A stretch of 63,731 bases of DNA, the filler included, from Octopus bimaculoides (lineage: Eukaryota), in assembly GCF_001194135.2 (NCBI RefSeq). It is 8 parts of 6 records of this genome, joined end to end, with 100 filler letters (N's around TTAATTAATTAA, not from the genome) between each part and the next. Parts side by side here need not be neighbours in the genome. Positions count along the whole stretch, not along the records: positions 10,054 to 19,619 come from NC_068988.1; positions 19,720 to 27,435 come from NC_068997.1; 6 more parts are not named here. One strand, given 5' to 3'. Below are positions 12,471-24,660 of this stretch, in pieces. The position numbers and the translations under genes were made by a program. Every line of letters begins with the position of its first letter. Positions within the stretch are counted from its first letter, which is position 1. The notes under the pieces are model-generated. The model was not told the origin of the DNA. It saw only the letters and a list, made by a program, of their open reading frames with translations, and did no database searches.

Positions 12471-13169
12471 CAGTTTTTCCTGTTCTTTGCTCACCTCTCA
12501 CCTAGCCAGCTACTGAATCATTGCTCTCACTTTTAACATCTTAGTCGTGATATAAACAATTGTAAACAATCATGTTTTTTAATCACATCAAATCTCTGGC
12601 TGGTCTCACTGTCTGCCAATTTGGTTTTTGATAAAACAAATCTATTGGAGATCTGTTCTACTACATCAGATATCAATAACTTATTGCTCTTGGGATTTTT
12701 GAGGAAATCAATATTGTCACCTTTGGTGTAAGTAAAGCCTCCATTCATGTCTGGAAAATGGAGCCTCTTCTACAGGCTCCATCTGTTTCATTTTTCTTGC
12801 ATCAATGCTTTCCTGTCTAATACACTGCTGAAAACCTCAGAACTGCAACAAATGCAAAACAGCATAATCGTTGATAATCTTTCATAGCAATCTTGAAAAT
12901 ATATAACATCAACAAAACTGTGTCTCAAAGACTAATCTTTGTCTTCAGGCTCATAAAATACTTCAACTCCATTCAGTTATTGATTATGATCAAGGTTCAA
13001 GTGTGACCCACATTTTTAAAGTACTTCTCTACATATATCATGGATTGTTTTGCTGCTGTATGCATATAGAAACATAAAAGATGTTTTCTATTTACTTTCT
13101 AAAGCGGCCATTTAGTCCATTGCCAGAAACCCATTCACTAACACATTTTTACAACCTCTAGTTTACAAA

Positions 13170-13209
13170 TTCATCTGCTGCTGCTCCAGTGGCAACGATG
13201 GCGTTTGTG

Positions 13210-13250
<41 letters not shown>

Positions 13251-13252
13251 AT

Positions 13253-13297
<45 letters not shown>

Positions 13298-13512
13298 AGT
13301 TGCTGCTGCCCCTTCTCCTCCTCCTCTTTTTCTTCCTCTACTTCTCCTCCACCTCCTCCTCCTCCTACTACCAGTACTACTCCCATCTAGCTGCATCTAT
13401 AATACCACTACTGTTCAAGAAGCTCATGTTACATCTGCCTCTCACCTCCAGCCTTAACCACCACCACTCCAGTAAACATCCTATCTCTCTCCCATCACCA
13501 CCCCCCCACTAT
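13170..13512. repeat. CTA/CTG/CCT trinucleotide low-complexity tract
   Basis: Directly visible; explains the poly-Leu, poly-Tyr and poly-Val ORFs. Confidence 0.85.
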
Positions 13513-13989
13513 NNNNNNNNNNNNNNNNNNNNNNNNNNNNNNNNNNNNNNNNNNNNNNNNNNNNNNNNNNNNNNNNNNNNNNNNNNNNNNNNNNNNNNNN
13601 NNNNNNNNNNNNNNNNNNNNNNNNNNNNNNNNNNNNNNNNNNNNNNNNNNNNNNNNNNNNNNNNNNNNNNNNNNNNNNNNNNNNNNNNNNNNNNNNNNNN
13701 NNNNNNNNNNNNNNNNNNNNNNCCACCACCACCACCACACCCCCCTTCTATTTGTTTCTAGCACTGCCATACGGAATCTGTGGTCTGTGTGTTCTCCCGA
13801 AAGATACCATTAACTCATTAAAATTTGAAGATGAAGTTGCATCACAGCTGTATTGGTCTCACCAGTTTAGGAGGGACTTAAAGAGTTTATAAACACTGGC
13901 CCTTTATCTACTTACTTAATCAAACCATCCTTTTTCCACAAATGTGCCCTGTTGACGCACTTGTCTTAGTAGGGCAGCAAAACATCCAG

Positions 13990-14480
13990 ACAAGAGGTTG
14001 TCAGTTCAGATAGTATCATAATTACTTCTATTCGGACTGTACTTGTAGTTGCGTTCACCTTGCAGTAGGATGAGCCAGCCACAACCAACATGTAGTTCAT
14101 GTTTGGAATTTCAATGGGAAACAAGTTCACAACTGGTCTGCAGTCACATATATACACACTCTTCGAATCGTGTGATCCGTAGCAGCTCATCTTGCCATTG
14201 ATTGTTGACCATTGCTGAGGATTCACTGACCAAGTCACTGTTGATTAACAGGGTATTTAATCCTCTCTGTCCAGATAGTGTACAGTCCAGCCCATGCTGG
14301 TCATCCAACCTCAATTTTTAATTTTTACTTAACACCATCAAATCTAAGTACTTCCACATAAAGACTGCTGCTGCTAATGCATTTAGGATTCCACTGAACA
14401 ACGACTGATCTACTAACCAGTGACAACACCCAACCCTACCAAGTGTGGCATCAAATGCAATGAACTGATATCATTAATAT
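13990..14480 (-). mobile_element. Highly decayed Ty3/Gypsy RNase H remnant
   Basis: Across frames: AFDATLGRVG (DAS..GVG-like), QDELLRITRF, DCRPVVNLF (TDHRPL-like), WLILLQG..NYKYSP, TDNLLS. Confidence 0.4.
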
Positions 14481-14859
14481 ACTATATTGCAACTTTCATA
14501 CATAATGGTGACAGCTACCTAACAACATCCTATACAAGCACATGGGCCAAAGGATAAAGGAAGGAATTGTTGTCACTTTCAAACCAATAACACCATGTGA
14601 TCTGAGTTGACCAATAGAAGACTAACAACTTGAAGCTATCTTGAATTTGTCTTATATCCTCTTTCCTCTCCTCTAGATGTTTGATGAAGTAGGTTCTACA
14701 AGCCTATGAAACTTGCATTGATCCGAATCAAACAGTTATTAAATTTTATATGTATATATATATATATATAAAAAAGTTATGGAGAGGGTCATAACTTGAC
14801 TAATTAAGAAGAGTGTTAGCCTAGATGAGATGTAGTTTGGTTTTGAAGGATATGAAGAA

Positions 14860-15935
14860 AAGGCATAGGTAGAATCTCCAAAAGGTATACCTGGTGCAAG
14901 ATATGGACACAAAATTGGTGCAGCAATATCAGAAGAAGGTTAACAGGGAAAACATTCTTTGTGTGTGGCAGATGCATAGGTACAATCAACACTAAAAATA
15001 TACAGAAAATAGACTTCACCAAATGCTAAGGGGGATACCTTGAAGTAGTTGCTAGTTTTCATTATCTAGGTGACCAAGTCAGCAGTGAAGGTAGATGCTT
15101 CGAGAGCATAGCTGCTAGAATAAGAATAGGCTGGGCAAAGTTCAGAGAGCTTCTTCCTTAGTTGGTAACAAAGGGCCTTTACCTCAGAGTGAAAGGTAGA
15201 TTGTATGATGCCTGTGTGTGAACAGCCATGCTACATGGTCATGAAACATGGGCTGTGACTGCAGAGGACATGCAAGGCTTGAAAGAAATGAATCTAGTAT
15301 GCTCTGCTTGATGTGCAGTATCAGTGTTCATGTATGACAAAGTGTAAGCATCTTGAGAGAAAAATTGAGCATAAGAGGTATCAGATGTGGTGTGCAAGAG
15401 AGACAATTATACTGGTATAGTCATGTGATGCATATGGATGAGGACAACTGTGTAAAGAAGCTGTAGAGGGAACCTGTGGAAGAGGCAGACCCAGAAAGAC
15501 ATGGGATGAGATGGTAAAGCATGATTTTCAAATTTGGGGCCCCACAGAGGTGATGACAAGTGATTGTGACCTTTGACGATTTGCTGTGCTTGAGAATACT
15601 TGTCAAGCCAAATGAAATCTTAGTTGTGGTTGGTACTGGTGACACATAACAGCATCCTTGTCAGTGACATGTAAAAGCACTTGTGCCTGTGACTTGTAAA
15701 ATCACCTGTGCAGGTGACACGTAAAAGCATCAGTGCCCGTGACACACAAAAAGGCACCCATTTCACTCTTGGAGTGTTTGTCATTAGGAAGGGCATCTAG
15801 CCATAAAAACTAAGCCAAATTCAGACTGGAACTTGGTGCATCTCTCCAGCTTACCAGTTTCTGTCAACCCATCTAATCCATGCCCGCATGGAAAATAGAA
15901 GTTAAATGATGATACTGATGATGATGATGATGATA
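14860..15935 (+). mobile_element. RTE-clade LINE 3' part with 3' UTR and (GAT)n tail, decayed
   Basis: LEVVASFHYLGDQVSS...ARIRIGWAKFRELLP...KGRLYDACV.TAMLHGHETWAV...GRGRPRKTWDEMVKHD; ends GTTAAATGATGAT. Confidence 0.9.
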
Positions 15936-16229
15936 TATATATATATATATACATATAGGAATGAATATCATCAATAAACACATCACAGGCTTCATAAAGA
16001 TTTTTGTTAGCGATGCATTTCATTAATATAAAAACCAAGTCATAATATATTGACATATCAAGACAGCAAATACAAAATGACTCTTAAAAATAAATATTGG
16101 TTATATATACATTATAATAAATATTCACTTATATTCATATAAGATATTCAAATATTGTATGAATATTGAATATATGAATATATTTTTTAATACATGCAAC
16201 TACTTCTTACTTACAATAGTTTTCTCATA

Positions 16230-16457
16230 TTGGTTTCAAATTTTTGTATGAGGCCAGTAATCTTCTGAGTGGGGTGGGGGTGGGGGGACAATTGGCTACT
16301 TCGACCCCAGTGCTTAGTTGGTACTTATTTTATTGACCCCAAAAGGATGATAGGCAAAAGTTGACATCGACAGTATTTGAACTCAGAACATAAAGACAAA
16401 CAAAATGCCTCTAAACATTTTGCTTGGTGTATTAATGGTTCAGCCAGCTCACTGCAC
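16230..16457 (-). mobile_element. SINE family A, diverged
   Basis: Family A body on the minus strand. Confidence 0.75.
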
Positions 16458-16539
16458 TAAATAGTCTTCACCACATATTAGTAAATTTTATATATACATA
16501 GGCATGCATATATACACACATACATACGTTAAGATCACC

Positions 16540-16840
16540 AGCATTCTCTCACACACACATAGCTTCTCGTCTTGGGTTCACCACTTCTTTGTTATCTCCC
16601 CTTTTTCTTAGCTCTCCTGTGTGATCCTTCTGTCCAGCATTCGGCATGATAGATCACTGACCACTACATTGATATTTTTTTCTCCTTGTTTCTCGCCTTA
16701 TTTCTTTCTGTGTTCCTTTCATTTGAAGAGCGTAGCTCAAAACGTCAAAGACTTTCTCTATTCCCGAGCGTTAAACTAATACATCCATTTGTTGTTTACA
16801 CCACCTGTCTTTGTCTGTTGTTTTTTTTTGTAAATTCTCC

Positions 16841-16845
<5 letters not shown>
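16540..16845 (+). mobile_element. Penelope-like terminal repeat (family H2) with degenerate hammerhead-like motif at 16716-16750
   Basis: Related to 45400-45680 and 58286-58470: GAAGAGCGTAG(G)CTC.AAACGT.AAAGAC...GAGCGTTAAACTAATAC. Confidence 0.55.
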
Positions 16846-16883
<38 letters not shown>

Positions 16884-16966
16884 TATATTAAAGGAAAAAT
16901 CGAAATCAAGGTAGAATGAGTATCTCGAGTCATTTAGAATAATTTGATTAGGGTAAGATGAATATG

Positions 16967-17044
16967 AAGTCTTACAGCTGTTTCTGGGATAACTCAAGTG
17001 GTTGGTTAGCATGTCTGTGCACTGGGTATTCTGTCATCAGAGAC
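16967..17044 (-). ncRNA. Type I hammerhead motif H3 (minus copy)
   Basis: Reverse complement: GTCT-CTGATGA-...-GAAAC-AGCT-GTA-AGAC; stem II partly decayed. Confidence 0.55.
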
Positions 17045-17262
17045 AAGGTATGAATATCTTAGACAAGGAAAATTTACAGTTTACAAGGAATGAAATTCAC
17101 AGTTTATATTCCATTTTATTCTCTTTTATTCCTTATAAACTTTATTCTTCTATTCTTCTACTTTATTCCCTATAAACTGTGAATTCTATTTTATTCCTTA
17201 TAAACTGTGAATTTTATTCCTTGCAAACTGCAAATTTTCCTCATCTAATATATTCATAACTT

Positions 17263-17340
17263 GTCTCTGATGATAGAATAGCCAGTGCATGGACATGCTA
17301 ACCAACCACTTGGGTTATCTCAGAAACAGCTGTAAGACTT
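17263..17340 (+). ncRNA. Type I hammerhead motif H3 (plus copy)
   Basis: GTCT/AGAC stem I, CTGATGA 17267-17273, extended stem II (ATAGCC/GGTTAT), GAAAC 17323-17327, palindrome ACAGCTGT, GTA triplet. Confidence 0.7.
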
Positions 17341-17565
17341 CAAATTCACCTTACTCTAATTAAATTATTCTAAATGACTTGAGACACTCATTCTGTCTCG
17401 GTTTTGATTTTTCCTCAAATATAATATATACATGCTATAACGGAACCCTAACATAAATCCCTAGATCCAGCCTTAGCTGTGATCTTGGAACCTAATGGTC
17501 GACCAACTATAGCACTTACCCACTGTAGCTATTCGTTCAGATCACAAGTGAACTACACTTCTCAT

Positions 17566-17611
<46 letters not shown>

Positions 17612-17612
<1 letters not shown>

Positions 17613-17945
17613 TCTCAGACAATCACTTCTGACACCAGTTTGGCCTTGGTGTTGCAAGTAGAATGGTTGGCGTTTCTCTAAACTGTGTCCCCTGCATAGT
17701 AGTCTATGGGATTACAATTAAGAGATTTAGGAGGCCAGATATCAGGGCTGGTGAAGTCATAGAAATTATCTGACAATCACTTCTGACTCTTTCCAGAGAT
17801 GTGGCCAGGGGCCAAATCCTGCTGCCACACGTAGGGTTTCCCAACAGCAATTTTCTCCAGCCAGAGTTTGACCACAGTCTCCAGCAGCTTCACATGGCTA
17901 TCTGAACTGATCCTACGACCCTGTTCAAAGATGTAGGATTAATAA
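17612..17945 (-). mobile_element. DD37D (maT-like) transposase remnant
   Basis: Minus strand: KPYVWQQDLAPGH..GKSQKWLSDNFYDFTSPDIWPPKSLNCNPIDYY. Confidence 0.8.
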
Positions 17946-18290
17946 AAGAATTAATATGTGCATGATATCTACTCTTAAATCTACTCTACTTCCAATATAT
18001 ATTACTGTTTGGTGATTGCGAGGTGTCAACACAGTGCATTTATATATCACATTTTTGTGTCAGCAAAAGCCTTCAAGAAGTCTTCATTGAATGCACAACA
18101 ATTGCTTGATTTTTTTTTTTTGTATGATAGTTAGAGTGTTGCCCTAGTGAGGTTAATCTAGGCTGACATGTTATCAGTAAGGGTGGGTTTAAGTCACCCA
18201 CCCACCATTATAACAAGTGTTTCTCTTTAAAGAGGCTGTCAGCATCGAATTCCACCATAGTGCATAACAAATGTAGCCTTACCAGTTGGA

Positions 18291-18388
18291 AAATTCCCTG
18301 AAGAAGGGAATGGTGATATTAAATTAATAGAACTTAACTTCTATTACATCTTTGCACCACTATGCCCCCAGAAATGATCGTTGGATTT
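18291..18388 (+). ncRNA. Degenerate type I hammerhead motif H4
   Basis: TCC/GGA stem I, CTGAAGA 18298-18304, branched stem II, GAAAT-GATC-GTT (likely CpG decay of palindrome AACGATCGTT). Confidence 0.55.
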
Positions 18389-18749
18389 TAACGAATTATA
18401 AACCTCTATGTGGATTTACAATATTTTTTACACTCCATCCATTCTGTGTATATAATTTTAATGTTGTTTTTATTGTAAGTAGGACTATATATTGTATGTT
18501 CTTATTATATTCTTAGCATATCTATAGATTTATATTAATATATTTTTAATGTATTTTTAATATATTTATAAGTATATTTATATATTTATATATCTATGTA
18601 TTTTTAGTACATGATTTTGTGCACATAATAACTTTACAACAGAATATATTTTAGTAACTTATCTTTTGTCTCTCATTATTTTTCATATATATGTATATAA
18701 ATATATATGTATATGTATATATATATGTGTATGCGTGTATGTGTATATA

Positions 18750-19150
18750 TACACAGAATGTGTAAGATATTTGAAGACAGGTTTATGTTTACAAAGAAAT
18801 AGATATATAATAACAGATAACAACTTTATTTATAAAAGAATGCTACGAGGATAAAAATAAGCCTTCTTTTCTATAATTTTATTCAATAAAGCCATCTTCA
18901 GCTTCAATAACTGCTTCTATATGAGATCTAGATCATCTACATGCTCAAATCAAGTGATTCTGGTTCATTTTGGACATTACTCTGACTATGGCGGCTTTCA
19001 AAGAATCTTTGGTGTTATGGTGTTTGGTGTCATTGACCTCTCTCTCTCAACAACGCTCCACATGTAAAAGTCCAATGGATTGAGATCTGGGGAATTAGGA
19101 GACTAGATGTTAGGGGTCATGTGATCATGAAAATTTTCAGCCATCCATTC
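18750..19150 (-). mobile_element. DD37D (maT-like) transposase C-terminal remnant and 3' end
   Basis: EWMAENFHDHMTPNI.SPNSPDLNPLDFYMWSVVEREVN...SLKAAIVRVM...IEAVIEAEDGFIE-stop. Confidence 0.85.
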
Positions 19151-19249
19151 CTGATATGTATCTATATATACATGTAGATGTAGGTATGTACATACATGTA
19201 CGTATATATGCATATACTCACATATTATTTATATATAGATATTGTTATC

Positions 19250-19425
19250 ACAGCAGGTCGTTGAAGTGAGATATACTATATCTTTATTTACAATGTTTTC
19301 ATTCGTAAGTTATAACAAATATCATTATAGCTTTTAATTAAGAAACAATAATATTTGTTATAATTTACGAATGAAGACATTGTAAATAAAGATATAGTAT
19401 ATCTCACACTTCAACGACCTGCTGT
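19250..19425. mobile_element. 176-bp hairpin (MITE-like) flanked by ATC direct repeats
   Basis: Arms 19250-19322 and 19351-19425 differ by 2 substitutions and one 2-nt indel. Confidence 0.8.
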
Positions 19426-19428
19426 ATC

Positions 19429-19610
19429 AGCATTATATGATATTTTTGCTCTTCATTTGTTATACGATTTGCCTTAAAGCTTGCCTCTAATTGTGCCAAC
19501 CAGATTAATGTGTCTCCCGTCCAAGGAGGAGATGGTAATACATTTACTGAAGCTTGTGTATAATTCCTATCAAAATAGGACATCTCGAATTCCTTTAAAT
19601 TCTGCTCCAT
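19429..19610 (-). mobile_element. Ty3/Gypsy gag N-terminal fragment
   Basis: LPSPPWTGDTLIWLAQLEASFKANRITNEEQKYH resembles the LPPFW..D..LWFAQ.EA.F....IT....KY gag motif. Confidence 0.7.
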
Positions 19611-19619
19611 TTATATATT

Positions 19620-19719
19620 NNNNNNNNNNNNNNNNNNNNNNNNNNNNNNNNNNNNNNNNNNNNTTAATTAATTAANNNNNNNNNNNNNNNNNNNNNNNNN
19701 NNNNNNNNNNNNNNNNNNN
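19620..19719. other. Artificial 100-bp spacer
   Basis: N44-TTAATTAATTAA-N44. Confidence 0.97.
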
Positions 19720-20323
19720 TATAAGGGTACAGGACCTCACAAACCGTAAACAACGTGGACTACGAAAACAATATATACATACGTACATACATACATACAT
19801 ACATATATACATACATACATACATACATACATACATACATACATACAAAGTCTTGGTTTCCTTTTTCCTGTTTCGTTCGTGAAACACGGTAAAGTAGAAC
19901 CGATAGAAAAACCGAAGCAGAGTCGGGGTGTGTATGGTGGGGAGGAGCAGCAAATAACTTTCGGCCGAAACTATGGCAATTGTATGGAATCCTTAGGGAA
20001 CAAGATAATGAACAGGGCTTCTAAATCGTTGCTTGGTTCCTAGAACTAGCAACACTTTACTGTTTTGTAAGAAAGCAAGGCTGGTTTTATGAAGAATGTA
20101 GTACTTTCCAGATATTTAGTGTTCAAAAAGAGGTTGCCATGGTTGGAACTTCTGAGCTGAGATTAAAAATCAGAAACATAAACATCATTAAGAGATAGTT
20201 TAGACTTTTTTTTCATGCAGTCGTGTATTCATACATGCGTACATGCAAATATGCATACATATATACTTACATAGGCACACTCATACATAAATGCATGCGT
20301 GCATGCATACATACACACATACA

Positions 20324-20356
<33 letters not shown>

Positions 20357-20374
20357 GCATACACACACACATAC

Positions 20375-20686
20375 AGGCGCAGGAGTAGCTGTGTGGTAAG
20401 GAGCTTGCTTACCAACCACATGGTCCCGAGTTCAGTTCCACTGCATGGCACCTTAGGCAAGTGCCTTCTACTATAGCCTCGGGCCGACCAAAGCCTTGTG
20501 AGTGGATTTGGTAGACGGAAACTGGAAGAGGCCCGTCGTATATATACATATATATGTATATGTATGTATGTGTATATGTTTTTGTATCTGTGTTTGTCCT
20601 CCCAACATCGCTTGACAACCGATGCTGGTGTGTTTACATCCCCGTAACTTAGCGGTTCGGCAAAAGAGACCGATAGAATAAGTCTT
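20375..20686 (+). mobile_element. SINE family B, truncated by gap
   Basis: tRNA-like head (GCTGTGTGGTAAG; GAGTTCAGTTCC), internal TA/TG microsatellite, conserved 3' module. Confidence 0.9.
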
Positions 20687-21486
20687 NNNNNNNNNNNNNN
20701 NNNNNNNNNNNNNNNNNNNNNNNNNNNNNNNNNNNNNNNNNNNNNNNNNNNNNNNNNNNNNNNNNNNNNNNNNNNNNNNNNNNNNNNNNNNNNNNNNNNN
20801 NNNNNNNNNNNNNNNNNNNNNNNNNNNNNNNNNNNNNNNNNNNNNNNNNNNNNNNNNNNNNNNNNNNNNNNNNNNNNNNNNNNNNNNNNNNNNNNNNNNN
20901 NNNNNNNNNNNNNNNNNNNNNNNNNNNNNNNNNNNNNNNNNNNNNNNNNNNNNNNNNNNNNNNNNNNNNNNNNNNNNNNNNNNNNNNNNNNNNNNNNNNN
21001 NNNNNNNNNNNNNNNNNNNNNNNNNNNNNNNNNNNNNNNNNNNNNNNNNNNNNNNNNNNNNNNNNNNNNNNNNNNNNNNNNNNNNNNNNNNNNNNNNNNN
21101 NNNNNNNNNNNNNNNNNNNNNNNNNNNNNNNNNNNNNNNNNNNNNNNNNNNNNNNNNNNNNNNNNNNNNNNNNNNNNNNNNNNNNNNNNNNNNNNNNNNN
21201 NNNNNNNNNNNNNNNNNNNNNNNNNNNNNNNNNNNNNNNNNNNNNNNNNNNNNNNNNNNNNNNNNNNNNNNNNNNNNNNNNNNNNNNNNNNNNNNNNNNN
21301 NNNNNNNNNNNNNNNNNNNNNNNNNNNNNNNNNNNNNNNNNNNNNNNNNNNNNNNNNNNNNNNNNNNNNNNNNNNNNNNNNNNNNNNNNNNNNNNNNNNN
21401 NNNNNNNNNNNNNNNNNNNNNNNNNNNNNNNNNNNNNNNNNNNNNNNNNNNNNNNNNNNNNNNNNNNNNNNNNNNNNNNNNNNNNN

Positions 21487-22175
21487 NCAGTGGCGGTAGC
21501 GGTAGCGGTGGCGACGGCTGCTTTGTTGGTGGTGGTGGTGGCGGTGGCAGTGGTGGTGGCGGTGGCCGTGGTGGAGGTGGTGGTGGTGGTGGTGGTGGTA
21601 GAAGAGGAGGAAAGGTAGGAGACGAATAGTGAGTTTCGCCTGGCGAATGTAACCGGTGTATGATGGTGGAGGCTGGTTGCTGAATGGTAAGTACAGGTTG
21701 ACGGACAGCGATAGATGATTGAAGGTACGCATTGAATAACGAATAATTGGTTTGCGGCTTGAGATTAATTAAAATGAATGTTAGTAATTTAAAAATTTTA
21801 ATTAAACTTTATCTTGTTAACACTAGGAGTAGACACACAGACGGATTGGCTTCAGCGGCGAATTGAAACCGGGATGCCGATTTAGCATGCAGTCACTACG
21901 TTAAATTAAAGTAACTGACCAGATGCGCCACTGGGGGACGCGACGGGAGAGGCGATCCACTCCGGGTGACGTTTTATTAAGGGTGACACTTTTCGGTCAC
22001 CTACATAAGCTTGTAGTTGTGGAAGAATACTGTGGCACACTCAAGGGCCACTTTGGGCAGCACGCACACTAGTTGTTATGTCATTATAGACGATGGGATG
22101 GCCACGGTTGGACGGGTTTTGTTAGAACTGTAGCTACACGACAACACTGACATTAGTCACCACTGTCCTTACTTT

Positions 22176-22212
<37 letters not shown>

Positions 22213-22348
22213 ACTACTACTACTATTACTACTGCCCCTGCTACTACTACTGTTTCTGCTTCCACTGTTACTACTACTACCGATGCCACTACTACTACTA
22301 CTACTACAACTACTATTACTACTACTGTTTCTGCTTCCACTGTTACTA

Positions 22349-22386
<38 letters not shown>

Positions 22387-22642
22387 ATTATTACAATATC
22401 ACGATGACCAACACTACTACCACTACCAATACCCATAAACAACCTCTAATCATCACTATTACCACAAAGATCAATACTACCACCAACACAATAACTACTA
22501 CCACCACCACCGCACCTATCACTCTTATTGCTGCTAACCATGACCATCACGGCAAAACCCGCCGTCACCAAAATTTCCATTACCTCCAACAGAATAAACA
22601 TCACTACAATCATCGCCATCATCACCATCGTTACCCCGCCAC

Positions 22643-22676
<34 letters not shown>

Positions 22677-22787
22677 CCACCACCACCACCACCGCCGCCG
22701 CCACCGCCATCACCATCACTGTCATCACCATCACTATCACCATTTCTACCANNNNNNNNNNCATCATCACCATCGTTACCCCGCCAC

Positions 22788-22821
<34 letters not shown>

Positions 22822-23185
22822 CCACCACCACCACCACCGCCGCCGCCACCGCCATCACCATCACTGTCATCACCATCACTATCACCATTTCTACCACCGT
22901 CATCCCCACCGCTGCTACCACCATCACCGCTATCACAACCACCACCACTACCACCACCACCACCATCATCACCACCGCTGCTACCACCACCACCAACACA
23001 ACCACCACCACCACCATCACCACCATCATTATCATCATCACCACCACCGCCACCACCACCCTCACTACCATCATTATCATCATCATCACCACCACCACTA
23101 TCACCACCGCTGCCACCGTAACCACTAACAACGCTATCACCGACATCAGCGCCACCACCACCGTCACGAAAGTAACGAAAGACAA
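21487..23185. repeat. CpG-rich degenerate trinucleotide low-complexity region (GGT/ACT/GCT/ACC)
   Basis: Explains the Thr-, Val-, Pro- and His-rich ORFs; interrupted by (CA)n. Confidence 0.75.
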
Positions 23186-23869
23186 TCACGTGACACGGTG
23201 GGAGAGAGCAATCTAGTTGAAATTTATCCGGTATTTACGAGCCAAACGTGAATTTCCTAATGATTTGTCGAGGAAATATTAAAGTTTATGGACGTTAGAC
23301 GGAAATAAAACAACGTCTTAATACAGCTATTGTTGCGTCTAACACACGCACGCATGCAAACACACTCGCACGCGCACACCTACGCAAGCAAACACTACAC
23401 GAATGCGCACGCACAAAGATGCATGCAGACGACTGCAACTCAACCTCTTTAGTTCTCTTTAATTGGTCGCTTCATTTTATGTATGTATATACACATGAAT
23501 ATATTTACTCACAAATATCTATACACACATACATACACACTCCTACACAGACAAAGAGTTATTAGTTAGGGATTATCAATCCGGAGAAAATACTTTATAA
23601 GCTCTCTGTTTGTACACCAGGCTCACAATTGTGTTTAAATTAGTAAAGGAGTCCGCGTTTTCTTGTGGCGAGGCCCGCGTTTATAGTTCGTCAGTATTCT
23701 ATGTTAGCCTTCGGTTCAATTCATGCTACATATGTTTCAATAGCACAGTAATTTATTTGCATATAATGTTTTACATGATATGATTTCATATATATTTTTT
23801 ATTAAAAGCGCTCGTTTACCTGTCATCTCATCAGGCGTCATCAATCGTCGAAGGAACACATCGAGATGG

Positions 23870-23906
<37 letters not shown>

Positions 23907-24660
23907 TGTGTGTGTGTGTGTGTGAGTGTGTGTGTGTGAGTGTGTGCGTGGGTTGTGTGTGATGGGGTGGGTAACCCCTTTTGTCAACCCGCCTACTGAA
24001 AATTCTATAGTGATAGANNNNNNNNNNNNNNNNNNNNNNNNNNNNNNNNNNNNNNNNNNNNNNNNNNNNNNNNNNNNNNNNNNNNNNNNNNNNNNNNNNN
24101 NNNNNNNNNNNNNNNNNNNNNNNNNNNNNNNNNNNNNNNNNNNNNNNNNNNNNNNNNNNNNNNNNNNNNNNNNNNNNNNNNNNNNNNNNNNNNNNNNNNN
24201 NNNNNNNNNNNNNNNNNNNNNNNNNNNNNNNNNNNNNNNNNNNNNNNNNNNNNNNNNNNNNNNNNNNNNNNNNNNNNNNNNNNNNNNNNNNNNNNNNNNN
24301 NNNNNNNNNNNNNNNNNNNNNNNNNNNNNNNNNNNNNNNNNNNNNNNNNNNNNNNNNNNNNNNNNNNNNNNNNNNNNNNNNNNNNNNNNNNNNNNNNNNN
24401 NNNNNNNNNNNNNNNNNNNNNNNNNNNNNNNNNNNNNNNNNNNNNNNNNNNNNNNNNNNNNNNNNNNNNNNNNNNNNNNNNNNNNNNNNNNNNNNNNNNN
24501 NNNNNNNNNNNNNNNNNNNNNNNNNNNNNNNNNNNNNNNNNNNNNNNNNNNNNNNNNNNNNNNNNNNNNNNNNNNNNNNNNNNNNNNNNNNNNNNNNNNN
24601 NNNNNNNNNNNNNNNNNNNNNNNNNNNNNNNNNNNNNNNNNNNNNNNNNNNNNNNNNNNN

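Larger units (their letters stand above)
16880..17428. mobile_element. Inverted-repeat element with arms of ~230 bp, each carrying a hammerhead motif (family H3)
   Basis: 16880-17107 is the reverse complement of ~17199-17428; the spacer is AT-rich with TATAAACTGTGAATT repeats. Confidence 0.85.

Noticed and set aside
22617-22895. Exact ~135-bp tandem duplication
   Set aside because: It flanks a 10-N gap (22752-22761), which is typical of an unmerged contig overlap rather than biology.
22404-23216. 270-aa Thr-rich mucin-like ORF
   Set aside because: It runs through (CA)n and the duplicated gap region, and all frames are open because of trinucleotide repeats.
23800-23840. CTGATGA on the minus strand
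   Set aside because: No proper GAAA or stem II follows.
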